Assembly: GCA_963743915.1 (NCBI GenBank)
Contig: CAVURN010000005.1
Location: forward strand, 160,001 to 224,000
Length of the DNA: 64,000 nucleotides
Source: an uncultured Actinomycetota bacterium
Lineage (GTDB): Bacteria > Actinomycetota > Actinomycetes > JAHEKZ01
Direction: 5' to 3'
The translations under genes and the position numbers were made by a program. This document shows, one piece after another, positions 31,601-41,327 of the stretch; the first letter of the stretch is position 1; the number at the start of each line of letters is the position of its first letter. Under the pieces are notes generated by a model, which was not told the DNA's origin, made no database searches, and saw only the letters and a list, made by a program, of their open reading frames with translations.

Positions 31601-33497
31601 CTTCGGCCTCGGTCTCGACCTGACCGGTGGCCACGCCGCGGTGGAAGAGCCCGAAGTCGTAGACCCAGACCCTGGTGCCGTCCGCGAGATCGAGCTCGTA
31701 GGGTCGCTCGTCGAGGACGTCCACTCCCATGCGCTGCAGCAGCGGCAGCACCTCGGAGAGGGACAGCTCGGTGCCTGAGCGGTAGATCTTGAACCGCAGC
31801 TCCCCTGGTCCGGCGCCGGGAGGCTCGTACAGGTTCATGCCGAGCGGACCGTCCGGCTCGAGCGCATACATCCGCCGGATGTCCGCCACGGCCATGCGTG
31901 CGGGGAAGTCCTCCTTGTAGGCCTCCGGGAACGCTTCCCCGAACTGGCGGAGCAGCTCGATCGCCTCGGCCTCGCCGAGCTGATCGAGCATCGCCTCGGC
32001 GAGGTCGTCGTCCCAGGTGCGGGTCGCCTGCGTCAGCCTGTCTTCCAGCAGGTCGACGTCGACCTGGGGGATCACCTTGCCGACGGGCACCCGCACGACG
32101 TAGTGCAGCCGCGCCAGCACGGACTCGGAGACGCGCGCGGTGTAGTCGGCGCTCTCACCGCCGAAGGCTTCGAGAAGGATCGACTCCATCGCGAGTCGGA
32201 CCTGAGTCGTGTACCGGTCACGCGGCAGGTACACCATCGCTGATGCGAACCGACCGTAGACGTCGTACCGCAGGAAGAGCCGGACCTGTCTCCGCTCCTG
32301 CAGATGCATCACGCTGGTGGCGATCGGCAGGAGCTCGTCGACCGTCATCTGGAACAGCTCGTCACGCGGGTAGGACTCGAGGATCTGCAACAGGTCCTTG
32401 CCGCTGTGGCTCATCGGCGCGAAGCCACTCAGCTCCAGGATGGCCTTCACCATGCGGCGCAGCACCGGGATGCGGGTGACGCTCTCGCTGTACGCCGTCG
32501 TGGTGAAGAGTCCCAGCAGGCGACGCTCCCCAGTGACGTTGCCCTCGTCGTCGAAGGTCTTGAGGCCGATGTAGTCCAGGTACGCCGGTCGGTGGACGGT
32601 GGAGCGGCTGTTCGCCTTCGTCAGGATCAGAAGCTTGCGTTCACGGGCCTTGGCCCGCACCTCCGGCGGCAGCTTGCTGAATGCCGCCGATTCGGTGTGG
32701 TCACCGCGCAGCAGCCCGAGCCCCGTGCCGGGCTTGGTCACGAGGACGTCCTCGCCGTCGTGCGACTGCAGCTCGTACTCGCGGTATCCCAGGAAGGTGA
32801 AGTGCTCGTCGATGAGCCATCGCAGCAGTTCCCAGGCGTCTGCGACCTCCTCCGGAGGCAGGTCGGGGGGCGACTGGTGCAGCTCGTCGGCGATGCGCTG
32901 GGCCGCCTCACGCATCTTGCCCCAGTCCTCGACGGCGTCACGGACGTCGCGCAGCACGTTGGTGAGCCGCCGCTCGAGGTCGCGCAGCCGACCGGGATCG
33001 GAGATGCGATCCACCTGGAAGTGCATCCACGACTCGGCGATGGAACCGGGAGCCTGGCGCTCCTCGCGGGTGAGCAGCATGCCCTGCAGCTCGCCGGTCA
33101 GGCTCCGTTGGACGGAGAACTGCGGATGGGCGACCAGGTGCAGCGACAGGCCCTCCTGGGCCAGGGCAGAGGTGATGGAGTCGACCAGGAACGGCATGTC
33201 GTCGGTGACCACCTCGACGACGGTGTGGGGTGACGCCCAGCCGTGTGCCTCGAGCGTGGGGTTGAAGATGCGGACCTTCGCCGTGCCCACCGGCCGGTCC
33301 GCGGCCAGCCGTCGCTCGGACACCGCAGCGCCGAAGACGTCGGTGGGGTCGAGGCCGACGAGGCCCTCGTCGGAGACGTGGCGGTAGTAGGCCTTCAGGA
33401 AGTCGGCCAGGTTCGGCAGGTCGTCGACCGACCGCTCCGCCTCCTGGATCGCCCGGGCAATGAGATCGGACTTGGCAACACTTGCGTTGCTGAGCAT
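28631..33497 (-). CDS. gdh: Large NAD-specific glutamate dehydrogenase (frameshift near 30790)
   Basis: ARGGLRWSDR.EDFRTE, VKNAVIVP.GAKGGF, YLVVAADKGTA, GYDHK.MGITARGAW. Confidence 0.96.
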
Positions 33498-33533
33498 GTA
33501 CTGCTGCTCCCGTTCGTCGGCCGGGACCTCAGC

Positions 33534-34037
33534 CTACCCGTCAGCCGTGTCCTCACGCAGGCGCGGGTCGGCATCCGGGGACGCCTCTTCCCCCGCCAAC
33601 GGCACGCAGACCAGCGTGCGCGGTTCGGGCACCTCGGGGCCGTCGAGGTAGCTCTCCCACGAGTCGCCGGCCGGCGTCTGCCCCTCCGCCGCCACCCAGG
33701 CCATCAGCTGCTCGTAGGCGTGGCCGAGCTCGTCGTAGGCCCCCACGTGCAGGGTGGTCGCGACCGGCCCGCCGGGCAGCACCGTGGGTTCCACCCTCCC
33801 GGCCGGGACGACCGGTCCTGAGGTCGGGAACCCGGCAGCGGCTTCGAAAGTGTCGTCGAGCATCCGATAGCGGCAGAAGGGAGGCCCGGTCGGGTTCAGC
33901 CCCTGCGACCCCAGCGCCTCGAGCACCTCGCCGAACGCTTGACCCACGAAGGTGCCGATCTCCTCCGGACGCATGGTGCCCCGCACCACCGCCGCCTCCT
34001 GCGCGACCCGGTGCTCGACCACGAACGTGTACGGCAT
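33534..34037 (-). CDS. GyrI-like small-molecule-binding protein
   Basis: LPGG.VA...HVG.YDEL..AY, WE.YL..P. Confidence 0.88.
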   Translation of the reverse strand: MPYTFVVEHRVAQEAAVVRGTMRPEEIGTFVGQAFGEVLEALGSQGLNPTGPPFCRYRMLDDTFEAAAGFPTSGPVVPAGRVEPTVLPGGPVATTLHVGAYDELGHAYEQLMAWVAAEGQTPAGDSWESYLDGPEVPEPRTLVCVPLAGEEASPDADPRLREDTADG

Positions 34038-34041
34038 CGAC

Positions 34042-35667
34042 TCAGCCCATGTGGGGGTAGCGGTAGTCGGTCGGCGGGACCATCGTCTCCTTGATCGCCC
34101 GTGGGCTGACCCACCGCACCAGGTTCAGCGGGCTCCCCGCCTTGTCGTTGGTGCCACTGGCCCGCGCACCACCGAAGGGCTGCTGACCGACGACCGCCCC
34201 TGTCGGCTTGTCGTTGATGTAGAAGTTGCCCGCGGCGAAGCGCAGCTTGTCGGTCACCTGTGCCACGACCTGTCGGTCGCGGGCGATCACCGATCCGGTC
34301 AGGGCGTACTCGGCGATGCCTTCCATCTGGTCGAGCATCGCGTCGAACTGGTCATCCGCGTAGACGTGGACCGCCAGGATCGGGCCGAAGTACTCGGTAC
34401 GGAAGATCTCGTGAGCCGGGTCCGATCCGACGAGCACCGTCGGTCGCACGAACCAGCCCTCGCTGTCGTCGGCGGTGCCGCCGGCCAGCACTTCGACGGT
34501 CGGGTCGGACGCCACCCGGGTCAGCAGGTCAGCGTGCTTGGCGAAGGCGCGCTCGTCGATGACCGCACCCATGAAGTTGGACAGGTCGGTGACATCGCCC
34601 ATCGAGAGACCGTCGACCTCGCTGGCGAGCTGGTCACGAAGCTCGGCCCACAGGCTCTGCGGAACGTACGCCCGGGACGCCGCCGAGCACTTCTGACCTT
34701 GGTACTCGAAGGCACCGCGCACCAGCGCGGTGCGCAGCACGTCGGGATCTGCCGACGCGTGAGCGACGACGAAGTCCTTGCCGCCGGTCTCGCCCACCAG
34801 ACGGGGGTAGCCGCGGTAGGAGGTGAGGTTCTCGGCGATCCGCTTCCAGAACGACTGGAAGACCGGCGTGGACCCGGTGAAGTGGACACCCGCGAGGTCG
34901 GGGTGGTCGAACACCACGTCACTGGCGTCCTTGCCGTGGCCGGTCACCATGTTGATCACGCCAGGCGGCAGTCCTGCCTCCTCCAGCAGGTACATCAGCA
35001 GGCTGGCCGCGTACTGCTGGGACGACGCCGGCTTCCAGACCACCGTGTTCCCCATGAGCGCGGGCGCCGTCGGGAGGTTGCCCGCGATCGCCGTGAAGTT
35101 GAAGGGGGTGACCGCGTAGACGAAGCCCTCGAGCGGGCGGTGGTCCAGACGGTTCCAGACTCCCGGCGAGGACATGGGTTGCTCGGAGAGCACCTGCCGG
35201 CCGAAAGCGACGTTGAACCGCCAGAAGTCGATCAGCTCGCAGGCGGAGTCGATCTCGGCCTGCTGGACGGTCTTGGACTGACCCAGCATCGTGGCGCCGT
35301 TGAGGGTGGAACGCCACGGGCCCGCGAGCAGGTCGGCGGCGCGCAGCAGGATGGCGGCACGGTCCTCGTACGACATCGCCCGCCACTCCGGAGCCGCCTT
35401 CTTCGCCGCGGCCACCGCGCGTGCCGCGTCGTCGCGACCGGCGTCACGGAGACGTCCGAGCACATGGTGCCGGTTGTGCGGCTGGACGACCGCCATCTCG
35501 GCGCCGGAGCCCATCACCCGCTCCCCGCCGATCACCATCGGCAGCTCGCGCTCCTCGGCCACGAGGTTCTTCAAGGTGGACTCGAGAGCCGCTCGCTCCG
35601 TCGAGCCCGGTGCGTACGAGAGCACCGGTTCGTTGCGGGGTTCGGGAACCTGCGCGACAGCATCCAT
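34042..35667 (-). CDS. pruA: 1-pyrroline-5-carboxylate (glutamate semialdehyde) dehydrogenase
   Basis: NEPV..YAPGS.ER, ETGGKDF, EYQGQKCSA, NDKPTGAVVGQQPFGG. Confidence 0.96.
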   Translation of the reverse strand: MDAVAQVPEPRNEPVLSYAPGSTERAALESTLKNLVAEERELPMVIGGERVMGSGAEMAVVQPHNRHHVLGRLRDAGRDDAARAVAAAKKAAPEWRAMSYEDRAAILLRAADLLAGPWRSTLNGATMLGQSKTVQQAEIDSACELIDFWRFNVAFGRQVLSEQPMSSPGVWNRLDHRPLEGFVYAVTPFNFTAIAGNLPTAPALMGNTVVWKPASSQQYAASLLMYLLEEAGLPPGVINMVTGHGKDASDVVFDHPDLAGVHFTGSTPVFQSFWKRIAENLTSYRGYPRLVGETGGKDFVVAHASADPDVLRTALVRGAFEYQGQKCSAASRAYVPQSLWAELRDQLASEVDGLSMGDVTDLSNFMGAVIDERAFAKHADLLTRVASDPTVEVLAGGTADDSEGWFVRPTVLVGSDPAHEIFRTEYFGPILAVHVYADDQFDAMLDQMEGIAEYALTGSVIARDRQVVAQVTDKLRFAAGNFYINDKPTGAVVGQQPFGGARASGTNDKAGSPLNLVRWVSPRAIKETMVPPTDYRYPHMG

Positions 35668-35744
35668 GGAGTCCTCCCGGGTTCGTGCCTTCACTCATCG
35701 TGGCACGCCGGGCGCGGGGGCGACAGACGAGGGCGGCGGGGCGG

Positions 35745-37124
35745 TCAGAGGGTCTCGAGCAGCTCGTCGAGGGCGTCGTGCAGACACTGCCCGAGCACAT
35801 CGAGGTCGGGCATCGCATCCCGGTCCCCGAACAGCCCGAAGAACACAGTCCCGTCATAGGAGGTCACCCCGATGCTCAGGGCCTGTCCCTTGGACAGGGG
35901 TGCCACCGGGTAGGCCTCCAGCAGCCGTGCACCTGCGAGGTAGCGCGGCTGCTGGGGTCCAGGAGCGTTGGTCACCAGCAGGTTGAACATGCGGTGGGAC
36001 AGACCCGCTGCGAGGCGAGCTCCCGCCGCGTGCAGCGTGGGGGGCGCGAAGCCGGCGAGCCCTGCCAGTCGGTGCGCGCTGACCGTCCGATGATCCTCCA
36101 GGCCTGCCCGCATCGAGTACGTGACCTGGTGCAGCCGCACCACCGGCGACGGCTCACCCACGGGAAGGTCGAGGACGACCGTGGCGACGACACCGGGACC
36201 GTCCTCGTCGTTGACGCTGACCGGTACGAGGGCTCGGACCGTGGTGCGGCTGGTGACCGCTTCACCCCGCATCTGCAGCCACGCGCGAAGACCGCCGGTC
36301 ACCAGTGCCAGGACGATGTCGTGGACCGAGGCCTCGTAGGCCTTCCGGACCGACCTCAGCTGGTCGAGGGTCACCGACGTCGAGGCGAACCGACGAGCCT
36401 GGCCGATGTCGACATTGAGCGGAGAGCTCGGCGCCGTCCTCGCCACCGTACGGGCCATGCGCAGCGCCCCGCCTGCGGCGGCCGTCGCCCGGCCGACGGT
36501 TCGGCCGACGTCGGCGACCGCGTGCCGTGCGGTGTCGAGCACCGCGCCCGGACGCTGGACGACCTCGCCCACCGCATCGGTCACCAGAGCCACGGTCGAG
36601 GGTCCGCGCCGCGCGACCCAGGCGTCCTCCACGGCGGGTTCGACCGTGTCGGGCTCGTCGTCGAAGAGGACCTCACCCACCTCGATGGCCGCCACACCGT
36701 CCACGAGCGCCTGATGCGTCTTGGTGACGAGCGCGAACCGCCCCCCGCCGAGCCCTTCGACGAGGTACATCTCCCACAGCGGCCGCTCGCGGTCGAGGGG
36801 GCGGCTGAGGACCCGCGCCACCAGCTCGTGCAGCTGCGCGTCACTGCCCGGTCGAGGCAGCGCCGTGCGACGGACGTGGTAGCTGAGGTCGAAGTTCTCG
36901 TCGTCGACCCACACCGGAGCCGCGATGCCACCGGGAACGTGCCGCACACGTTGCCGGTAGCGGGGCACGAGGTCGAGCCTCGACGCCACGAGCTCCGCCA
37001 GTCGCGAGGTGTCGAACACCCCCTCGGCGGGCGCGAAGACCGCGAGCCCGCCGATGTGCATGGGCGTCGCGGTCTCCTCCAGGTAGAGGAAGGACGCGTC
37101 CAGCGGCGTCAAGCGGTCGACCAC
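35745..37124 (-). CDS. WS/DGAT-family acyltransferase-like protein
   Basis: LD.SFL..E...PMH.G, RPLWE, KTHQALVDG (HH changed to HQ), TNAPGP. Confidence 0.93.
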   Translation of the reverse strand: MVDRLTPLDASFLYLEETATPMHIGGLAVFAPAEGVFDTSRLAELVASRLDLVPRYRQRVRHVPGGIAAPVWVDDENFDLSYHVRRTALPRPGSDAQLHELVARVLSRPLDRERPLWEMYLVEGLGGGRFALVTKTHQALVDGVAAIEVGEVLFDDEPDTVEPAVEDAWVARRGPSTVALVTDAVGEVVQRPGAVLDTARHAVADVGRTVGRATAAAGGALRMARTVARTAPSSPLNVDIGQARRFASTSVTLDQLRSVRKAYEASVHDIVLALVTGGLRAWLQMRGEAVTSRTTVRALVPVSVNDEDGPGVVATVVLDLPVGEPSPVVRLHQVTYSMRAGLEDHRTVSAHRLAGLAGFAPPTLHAAGARLAAGLSHRMFNLLVTNAPGPQQPRYLAGARLLEAYPVAPLSKGQALSIGVTSYDGTVFFGLFGDRDAMPDLDVLGQCLHDALDELLETL

Positions 37125-37136
37125 CCGATGATGATG

Positions 37137-37787
37137 TCACTCGACGAGTGCGTGGCCGAAGAGGATCTCCAGCTCCGCTGCCGTCTGCGGGTACGACTGG
37201 TGCCAGACACCGGTGATCCCCAGGCCCGCCGCGGCTCGGATGTTGCGTTCGTGGTCGTCGACGAAGACGCACTGTGCGGCGTCCAGTCCCAGAAGCCTGA
37301 GAGTGTGCTGGAAGATCTCCGGCTCGGGTTTGCGCATGCCCACCTCGCCGGAGATCACGACGGCGTCGAACAGGTCGCTCCATCCGTCCCTCATGTACTG
37401 GTCACCCCAGGAGTTGGACAGCAGCGCGGTGCGGACGTCGTAGCGGCGGATGCGGTGGACGAGCCCCGTCATGTCGGGTGCGTGTGCGAAGCGGCTGAAC
37501 ATCCGGGCGACCAGACCGCTGGGGTCGACCGGTCGACCGTCGCGCCGGGTCAGCCGCTGCGCCAGGTGCTGCTCGAAATCGGGAACCTCCAGCTCGCCCC
37601 GCTCGAGGGCGTGGACCGGGTTGAAGCGGGCCTCGAACCCGCCGAGGTCGCCGAACCATTCGGCCATGGCGTCCTGGAAGTGCGCGTAGTCGATGTCGTC
37701 GAGCTCAGACCACGCGCGCATCGCGACGTCGATGCCGTCGGTGAGCACCCCGTAGAAGTCGACGATGAGACCGCGGTACCGCTGCAC
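37137..37787 (-). CDS. HAD-superfamily hydrolase
   Basis: DFYGVL, LSNS, KPEP.IF, FVDD. Confidence 0.9.
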   Translation of the reverse strand: MQRYRGLIVDFYGVLTDGIDVAMRAWSELDDIDYAHFQDAMAEWFGDLGGFEARFNPVHALERGELEVPDFEQHLAQRLTRRDGRPVDPSGLVARMFSRFAHAPDMTGLVHRIRRYDVRTALLSNSWGDQYMRDGWSDLFDAVVISGEVGMRKPEPEIFQHTLRLLGLDAAQCVFVDDHERNIRAAAGLGITGVWHQSYPQTAAELEILFGHALVE

Positions 37788-38964
37788 GGGAACGATCGTA
37801 CGAACCCAGCATCTGGACCACGCGGGACGCCAGCTCCTCGGACGCCACGACGATCGGTGAGCGCGGCTCCACCTCGACCACGGCGCATCCGTGGGCCAGG
37901 GCCGAACGCGTGGCTCGGCTGTCGTCCGGGACGTGCAGGGTGACCGGCAGGTCGAGCATCTCGGTCACCACGTCATCCACGCCTCGCTGGGCGGCCGTCG
38001 CCCCTGCGTGGTTCATGACCACCAGGGGGACGGCGGTGGGTGCACAGTCACGTGCGCGTGGCAGCTCGCGGACCAGCCGCACCACGCCGACCGGATCGCT
38101 CCGTCCCACACAGACGAGGACATCAGCCGTGGCCAACGTGGCGATGGCCGCACCGAAGCGTTGGGGGGTGGCGGGATCGGCCCAGCGAGCGTCGTCACCC
38201 TCGAGGCCGTATCCCACGTCCACGACGGTGATCGGCACCGTCTGGCGGGCGCAGGCGAGCACCGCCTCCCAGGACGCCGGGCGCAGCTCGGACCATCGTG
38301 CGGCGTTGGGCAGGCCGACCAGGACGCGAGCGCCGGACGGCACGGTCACCGCCAGTGCCGCCAGCTCGCTCGCCTGGAGCGGGCCTGCCGACGCGATGCG
38401 CACCGCAGCTGCGACGCCCGAGGTGTCGTCCACCAGCCCCAGCTGCTGGCCGACCGCTGGTCCTACGGTGTCCGCATCCACCAGCAGCGTGTCCGTCCCT
38501 TGACGGCTGAGGGCGGCGGCGAGCTCGATCGCCACGGTCGTCCGCCCTGGTGCCCCGCTCGGCCCCCAGACCGCCACCACCGCCCCGGTGCGTACGACGT
38601 CCGATGCCGTCCGGTCCGGCGGTGGTAGGGCCGGCTGGCGCCCCAGGGCGCCCGCCAAGCCCTGGGCGCCGGCAGCCACGACGGGTGCTCCGCCGAGCTG
38701 GGACACCCGTTCCGCGTCCGCCGCCGTCAGCACCACCGTGACGACCCCGGCCTGTCGCAGGGCATGGACGACGTCGCGATCCAGGCCACGGAGCGCCGGG
38801 TCGACGACGACGACATCCACCTGACCCGTGGCGACCACCGCGCGCAGCTCGACCACGTCTCGACAGCGACGGACGAGCTCGACCGCGCGCTGGCCCGCCA
38901 GGGACGCCACGACATCTGCCTCGGTCGCACGGTCGACGAGCGCCGTGGCGATGCGCCGGCTCAT
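37705..38964 (-). CDS. CpaE/TadZ-like (receiver-like + MinD/ParA P-loop) protein
   Basis: VWGP.GAPGRTT, LLVDAD; ATGA-coupled to the SAF gene; 3' end overlaps the HAD gene by 83 bp. Confidence 0.8.
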   Translation of the reverse strand: MSRRIATALVDRATEADVVASLAGQRAVELVRRCRDVVELRAVVATGQVDVVVVDPALRGLDRDVVHALRQAGVVTVVLTAADAERVSQLGGAPVVAAGAQGLAGALGRQPALPPPDRTASDVVRTGAVVAVWGPSGAPGRTTVAIELAAALSRQGTDTLLVDADTVGPAVGQQLGLVDDTSGVAAAVRIASAGPLQASELAALAVTVPSGARVLVGLPNAARWSELRPASWEAVLACARQTVPITVVDVGYGLEGDDARWADPATPQRFGAAIATLATADVLVCVGRSDPVGVVRLVRELPRARDCAPTAVPLVVMNHAGATAAQRGVDDVVTEMLDLPVTLHVPDDSRATRSALAHGCAVVEVEPRSPIVVASEELASRVVQMLGSYDRSRAAVPRSHRRLLRGAHRRHRRRDARVV

Positions 38965-39623
38965 CCCGACCCCACGGGCACATCGACCAGCGTCACGGTT
39001 CCCTTGGCCTGCGCCGCCACCAGCACCGGCACCTCCTCGTCCGGTACGGCGAGCGCCACCCCGACCTCCAGACTCGTGCCCCCGAACGCTCCGCCGTCGG
39101 CATCCACCGACGAGACCGACACCGCAGCCAGCACCTGCTCCGGCGGACCGGACGGTCCGCCGGCCCCGTCGCGCTCGACGACGTACACGTCGACCCGGTC
39201 CCCAGCGGCCAGGTCCGAGGGCATCTGGTTGCGCAGCACCGGAAGGGTGACCACGCGTACGTCCCGGGCCTCGGTCGGTCCGCGCAGGGCCACGTCGGTG
39301 AGGAGCTCCCCGGCTGCGACGTCGCGGACCACCGTCGTGCCGGGTGCCAGCGGCGTGGACGCAGGTAGGTAGGGGCCGAGGTCGGGCAGCTGGACGCGGA
39401 CGGCGACGACGTCGTCGCCGTCGATCGTGCTGCCGGCCACCGCGCCATCGCGCGCCGCCCACACCGAGACCCGGTCGTCGGACGCGCGGACGACGACCAC
39501 GACCGCTGCCGTCGAGAGCAGCACCAGCACGACGCCGAGCACCAACCGCGGGTCACGCCACGACCGCCGGGGAAGTCGGGTGCCCGTGGGGCTCTCGGGC
39601 ACGCGCGTAGCCGTCACGGTCAT
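38961..39623 (-). CDS. SAF-domain CpaB-like protein
   Basis: WRDPRL..G TM, VWAA, GELL, GDRVDVY. Confidence 0.8.
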   Translation of the reverse strand: MTVTATRVPESPTGTRLPRRSWRDPRLVLGVVLVLLSTAAVVVVVRASDDRVSVWAARDGAVAGSTIDGDDVVAVRVQLPDLGPYLPASTPLAPGTTVVRDVAAGELLTDVALRGPTEARDVRVVTLPVLRNQMPSDLAAGDRVDVYVVERDGAGGPSGPPEQVLAAVSVSSVDADGGAFGGTSLEVGVALAVPDEEVPVLVAAQAKGTVTLVDVPVGSG

Positions 39624-39704
39624 GGTCACCTCCCCCGCTGGGCCTGCCCCCCTGGCTGCCCGGGCCTGGAGATGATGCCCGAGTCGACGCCGTGACGTCG
39701 GTGG

Positions 39705-39713
39705 TTGTCCACA
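39705..39713 (+). promoter_or_regulatory. DnaA-box-like TTGTCCACA
   Basis: Exact match between the divergent SAF and HTH_17 genes. Confidence 0.55.
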
Positions 39714-39793
39714 ACCGGCCCCTGCCCGGAGCAATGATCAACACCCAGGGCAACGGGCCGTCACCGAACGCACGGGGATGTCAGACTGACCCG

Positions 39794-40060
39794 GTGAACC
39801 GGCGCTTCCTGACCCTTGCCGACGTGGCAGAGGTGCTCAACGTCTCCGCCTCCCAGGCCTATGCGTTGGTGCGCGGCGGTGACCTGCGCGGCATCAAGAT
39901 CGGCGGAAGGGGTCAATGGCGCGTGGAGGAAGCCGAGCTCGAACGGTTCATCGCCGAGCGCTACCAGGAGACCGAGCGGTTCATCGCCGAGCACCCCTTC
40001 GCGCGCGACGGCGCCGATCCGGGTGCGGACACCGCGGTCGAGGCCGCGACCTTCGACTGA
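39794..40060 (+). CDS. HTH_17 (excisionase/BldC-like) DNA-binding protein
   Basis: FLTLADVAE.LN.S, G.L..IKIGGRGQWRVE; CAGACT 6 nt before GTG. Confidence 0.9.
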   Translation: MNRRFLTLADVAEVLNVSASQAYALVRGGDLRGIKIGGRGQWRVEEAELERFIAERYQETERFIAEHPFARDGADPGADTAVEAATFD

Positions 40061-40069
40061 TCGTCCGAC

Positions 40070-40609
40070 TCAGTCGTCGGGCAGCAGCGCACCGACCGCC
40101 CATCGCACTGCGCTGAAGGGCACCGTCACGTCCCCCTCCGTCTCCGGATCGAGCGTCAGGGCGTCCGCCAGGACGGCGGTGACGACCCCTCGCAGATGAC
40201 TGCCGTCGCGGAGGGCGAGCCCGATCGGCCCAGCCAGACGCGCCCAGCGACGGTAGACCGAACCCACGCCGCGCGGCACGCGCGGAACCGGCCCGAGCGC
40301 ACCGCCGGCCGGCGCCGACATGGAGACGACCTCCGCGAGCATCACCAGTCGAGCCCGGCCCTGACCACCCAGCACGGCCCAGCCCTCACCGGCATCCAGC
40401 AGGACGCCGTCATGCGTCACGCCGTCGGCGGTGCGCAGCACGACCGGGCGCCCGAGAGCAGCGAGCAGGCGGCCCGCCCAGCGACTGGTCGCGCGCTCCA
40501 CCTCGACCCGTTCTCCGAGGGCGTCATCGGAGGCCCGCTTGTCGGCCGCTTCCAGCAGCCAGCCGTGCTCGTCCGGGTCGGCGCGCTCAGCAGAGGACGA
40601 GTCGGACAT
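40070..40609 (-). CDS. Conserved hypothetical protein with two similar small beta-rich halves
   Basis: GRPVVL...G...G.L.D.G..W and GP...L.DG....G....V..D.L.L; TACCGT 6 nt before ATG. Confidence 0.7.
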   Translation of the reverse strand: MSDSSSAERADPDEHGWLLEAADKRASDDALGERVEVERATSRWAGRLLAALGRPVVLRTADGVTHDGVLLDAGEGWAVLGGQGRARLVMLAEVVSMSAPAGGALGPVPRVPRGVGSVYRRWARLAGPIGLALRDGSHLRGVVTAVLADALTLDPETEGDVTVPFSAVRWAVGALLPDD

Positions 40610-40721
40610 GGCCGCACGGTAGCCAGGCAGTCCACAGCACCGAGGGTGATCTGGAGTTTTCCCCACCTCGCGGATCAGCGCCCCATGGCCCTCCTCGCAC
40701 CGCTAACGTGCAGCCTGTCGT

Positions 40722-40749
40722 AGGCAAACAGAGGTAAACGAAGGTAAAC
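40722..40749 (+). repeat. Three 10-bp-phased direct repeats AGG(C/T)AAAC
   Basis: AGGCAAAC 40722, AGGTAAAC 40732, AGGTAAAC 40742; between TAACGT (40704) and the RBS. Confidence 0.75.
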
Positions 40750-40769
40750 GACATCTACGAGGAGGTTCA

Positions 40770-41279
40770 ATGGCTACGTCCCTCGCGGGTGCCCTCCCCG
40801 ACATCCGCCTACTCCCTCCCCCGCCTGAACCCTCCCTGCGGGCGTCGTCGCCCACCACCGGCCAGCAGGTGCTGCCGTTGGAGTTCGTGCTGCCGTCCGG
40901 ACTCACGGCCGGCGCGCCGCCCGTTCCGGTGGTCGCTCGGGACCGTCCGGGCGTCGCCCCTTGGGCCGCCCGACTCGCCCAGGCGGTGCTGGAGGTCGAG
41001 GCGGCCGAGCGGCCGGTCACGCAGCTCGGCCGATGGGTGGCGCCGGACATCTACCGCCGGCTCGACCGCCGGCAACAGCTGCGGGCGCGTCAGCTCGACC
41101 CGCGCCGGGCTCGACCGCGCCACCCGGAACAGGTGCGGTCGGTCCACGTCTGCCAACCGACGCCGGACGTCGCCGAGGTCTCAGTGGTCACGTCCGGCGG
41201 CACCCGGTGCCGAGCCTTGGCGCTGCGGCTCGAGCACCGACGCGGCCGCTGGCTCTGCACCGCGCTCGACTGGGCGTAG
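40770..41279 (+). CDS. Rv3235-family protein
   Basis: EV....RP..QL.RW, V...P....AE, RALALRLE....RW.C..L; GGAGG RBS; position after secA. Confidence 0.88.
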   Translation: MATSLAGALPDIRLLPPPPEPSLRASSPTTGQQVLPLEFVLPSGLTAGAPPVPVVARDRPGVAPWAARLAQAVLEVEAAERPVTQLGRWVAPDIYRRLDRRQQLRARQLDPRRARPRHPEQVRSVHVCQPTPDVAEVSVVTSGGTRCRALALRLEHRRGRWLCTALDWA

Positions 41280-41283
41280 CGGA

Positions 41284-41317
41284 CGACAGCCCCCGGCCGG
41301 ATGACCGAGGGCTGTCG
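41284..41317. terminator. Hairpin between convergent genes
   Basis: CGACAGCCC...GGGCTGTCG. Confidence 0.6.
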
Positions 41318-41327
41318 AGTGTCACAC

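Noticed and set aside
33952-37943. 635-aa and 840-aa plus-strand ORFs
   Set aside because: Antisense to pruA, WS/DGAT and HAD; Arg/Gly-rich, no recognisable domains
27252-39713. DnaA boxes as oriC
   Set aside because: Isolated single boxes, no dnaA/dnaN, no box cluster or AT-rich unwinding element
39794-40060. Excisionase-like gene as a prophage/ICE marker
   Set aside because: No integrase, att site or phage genes; embedded in core synteny
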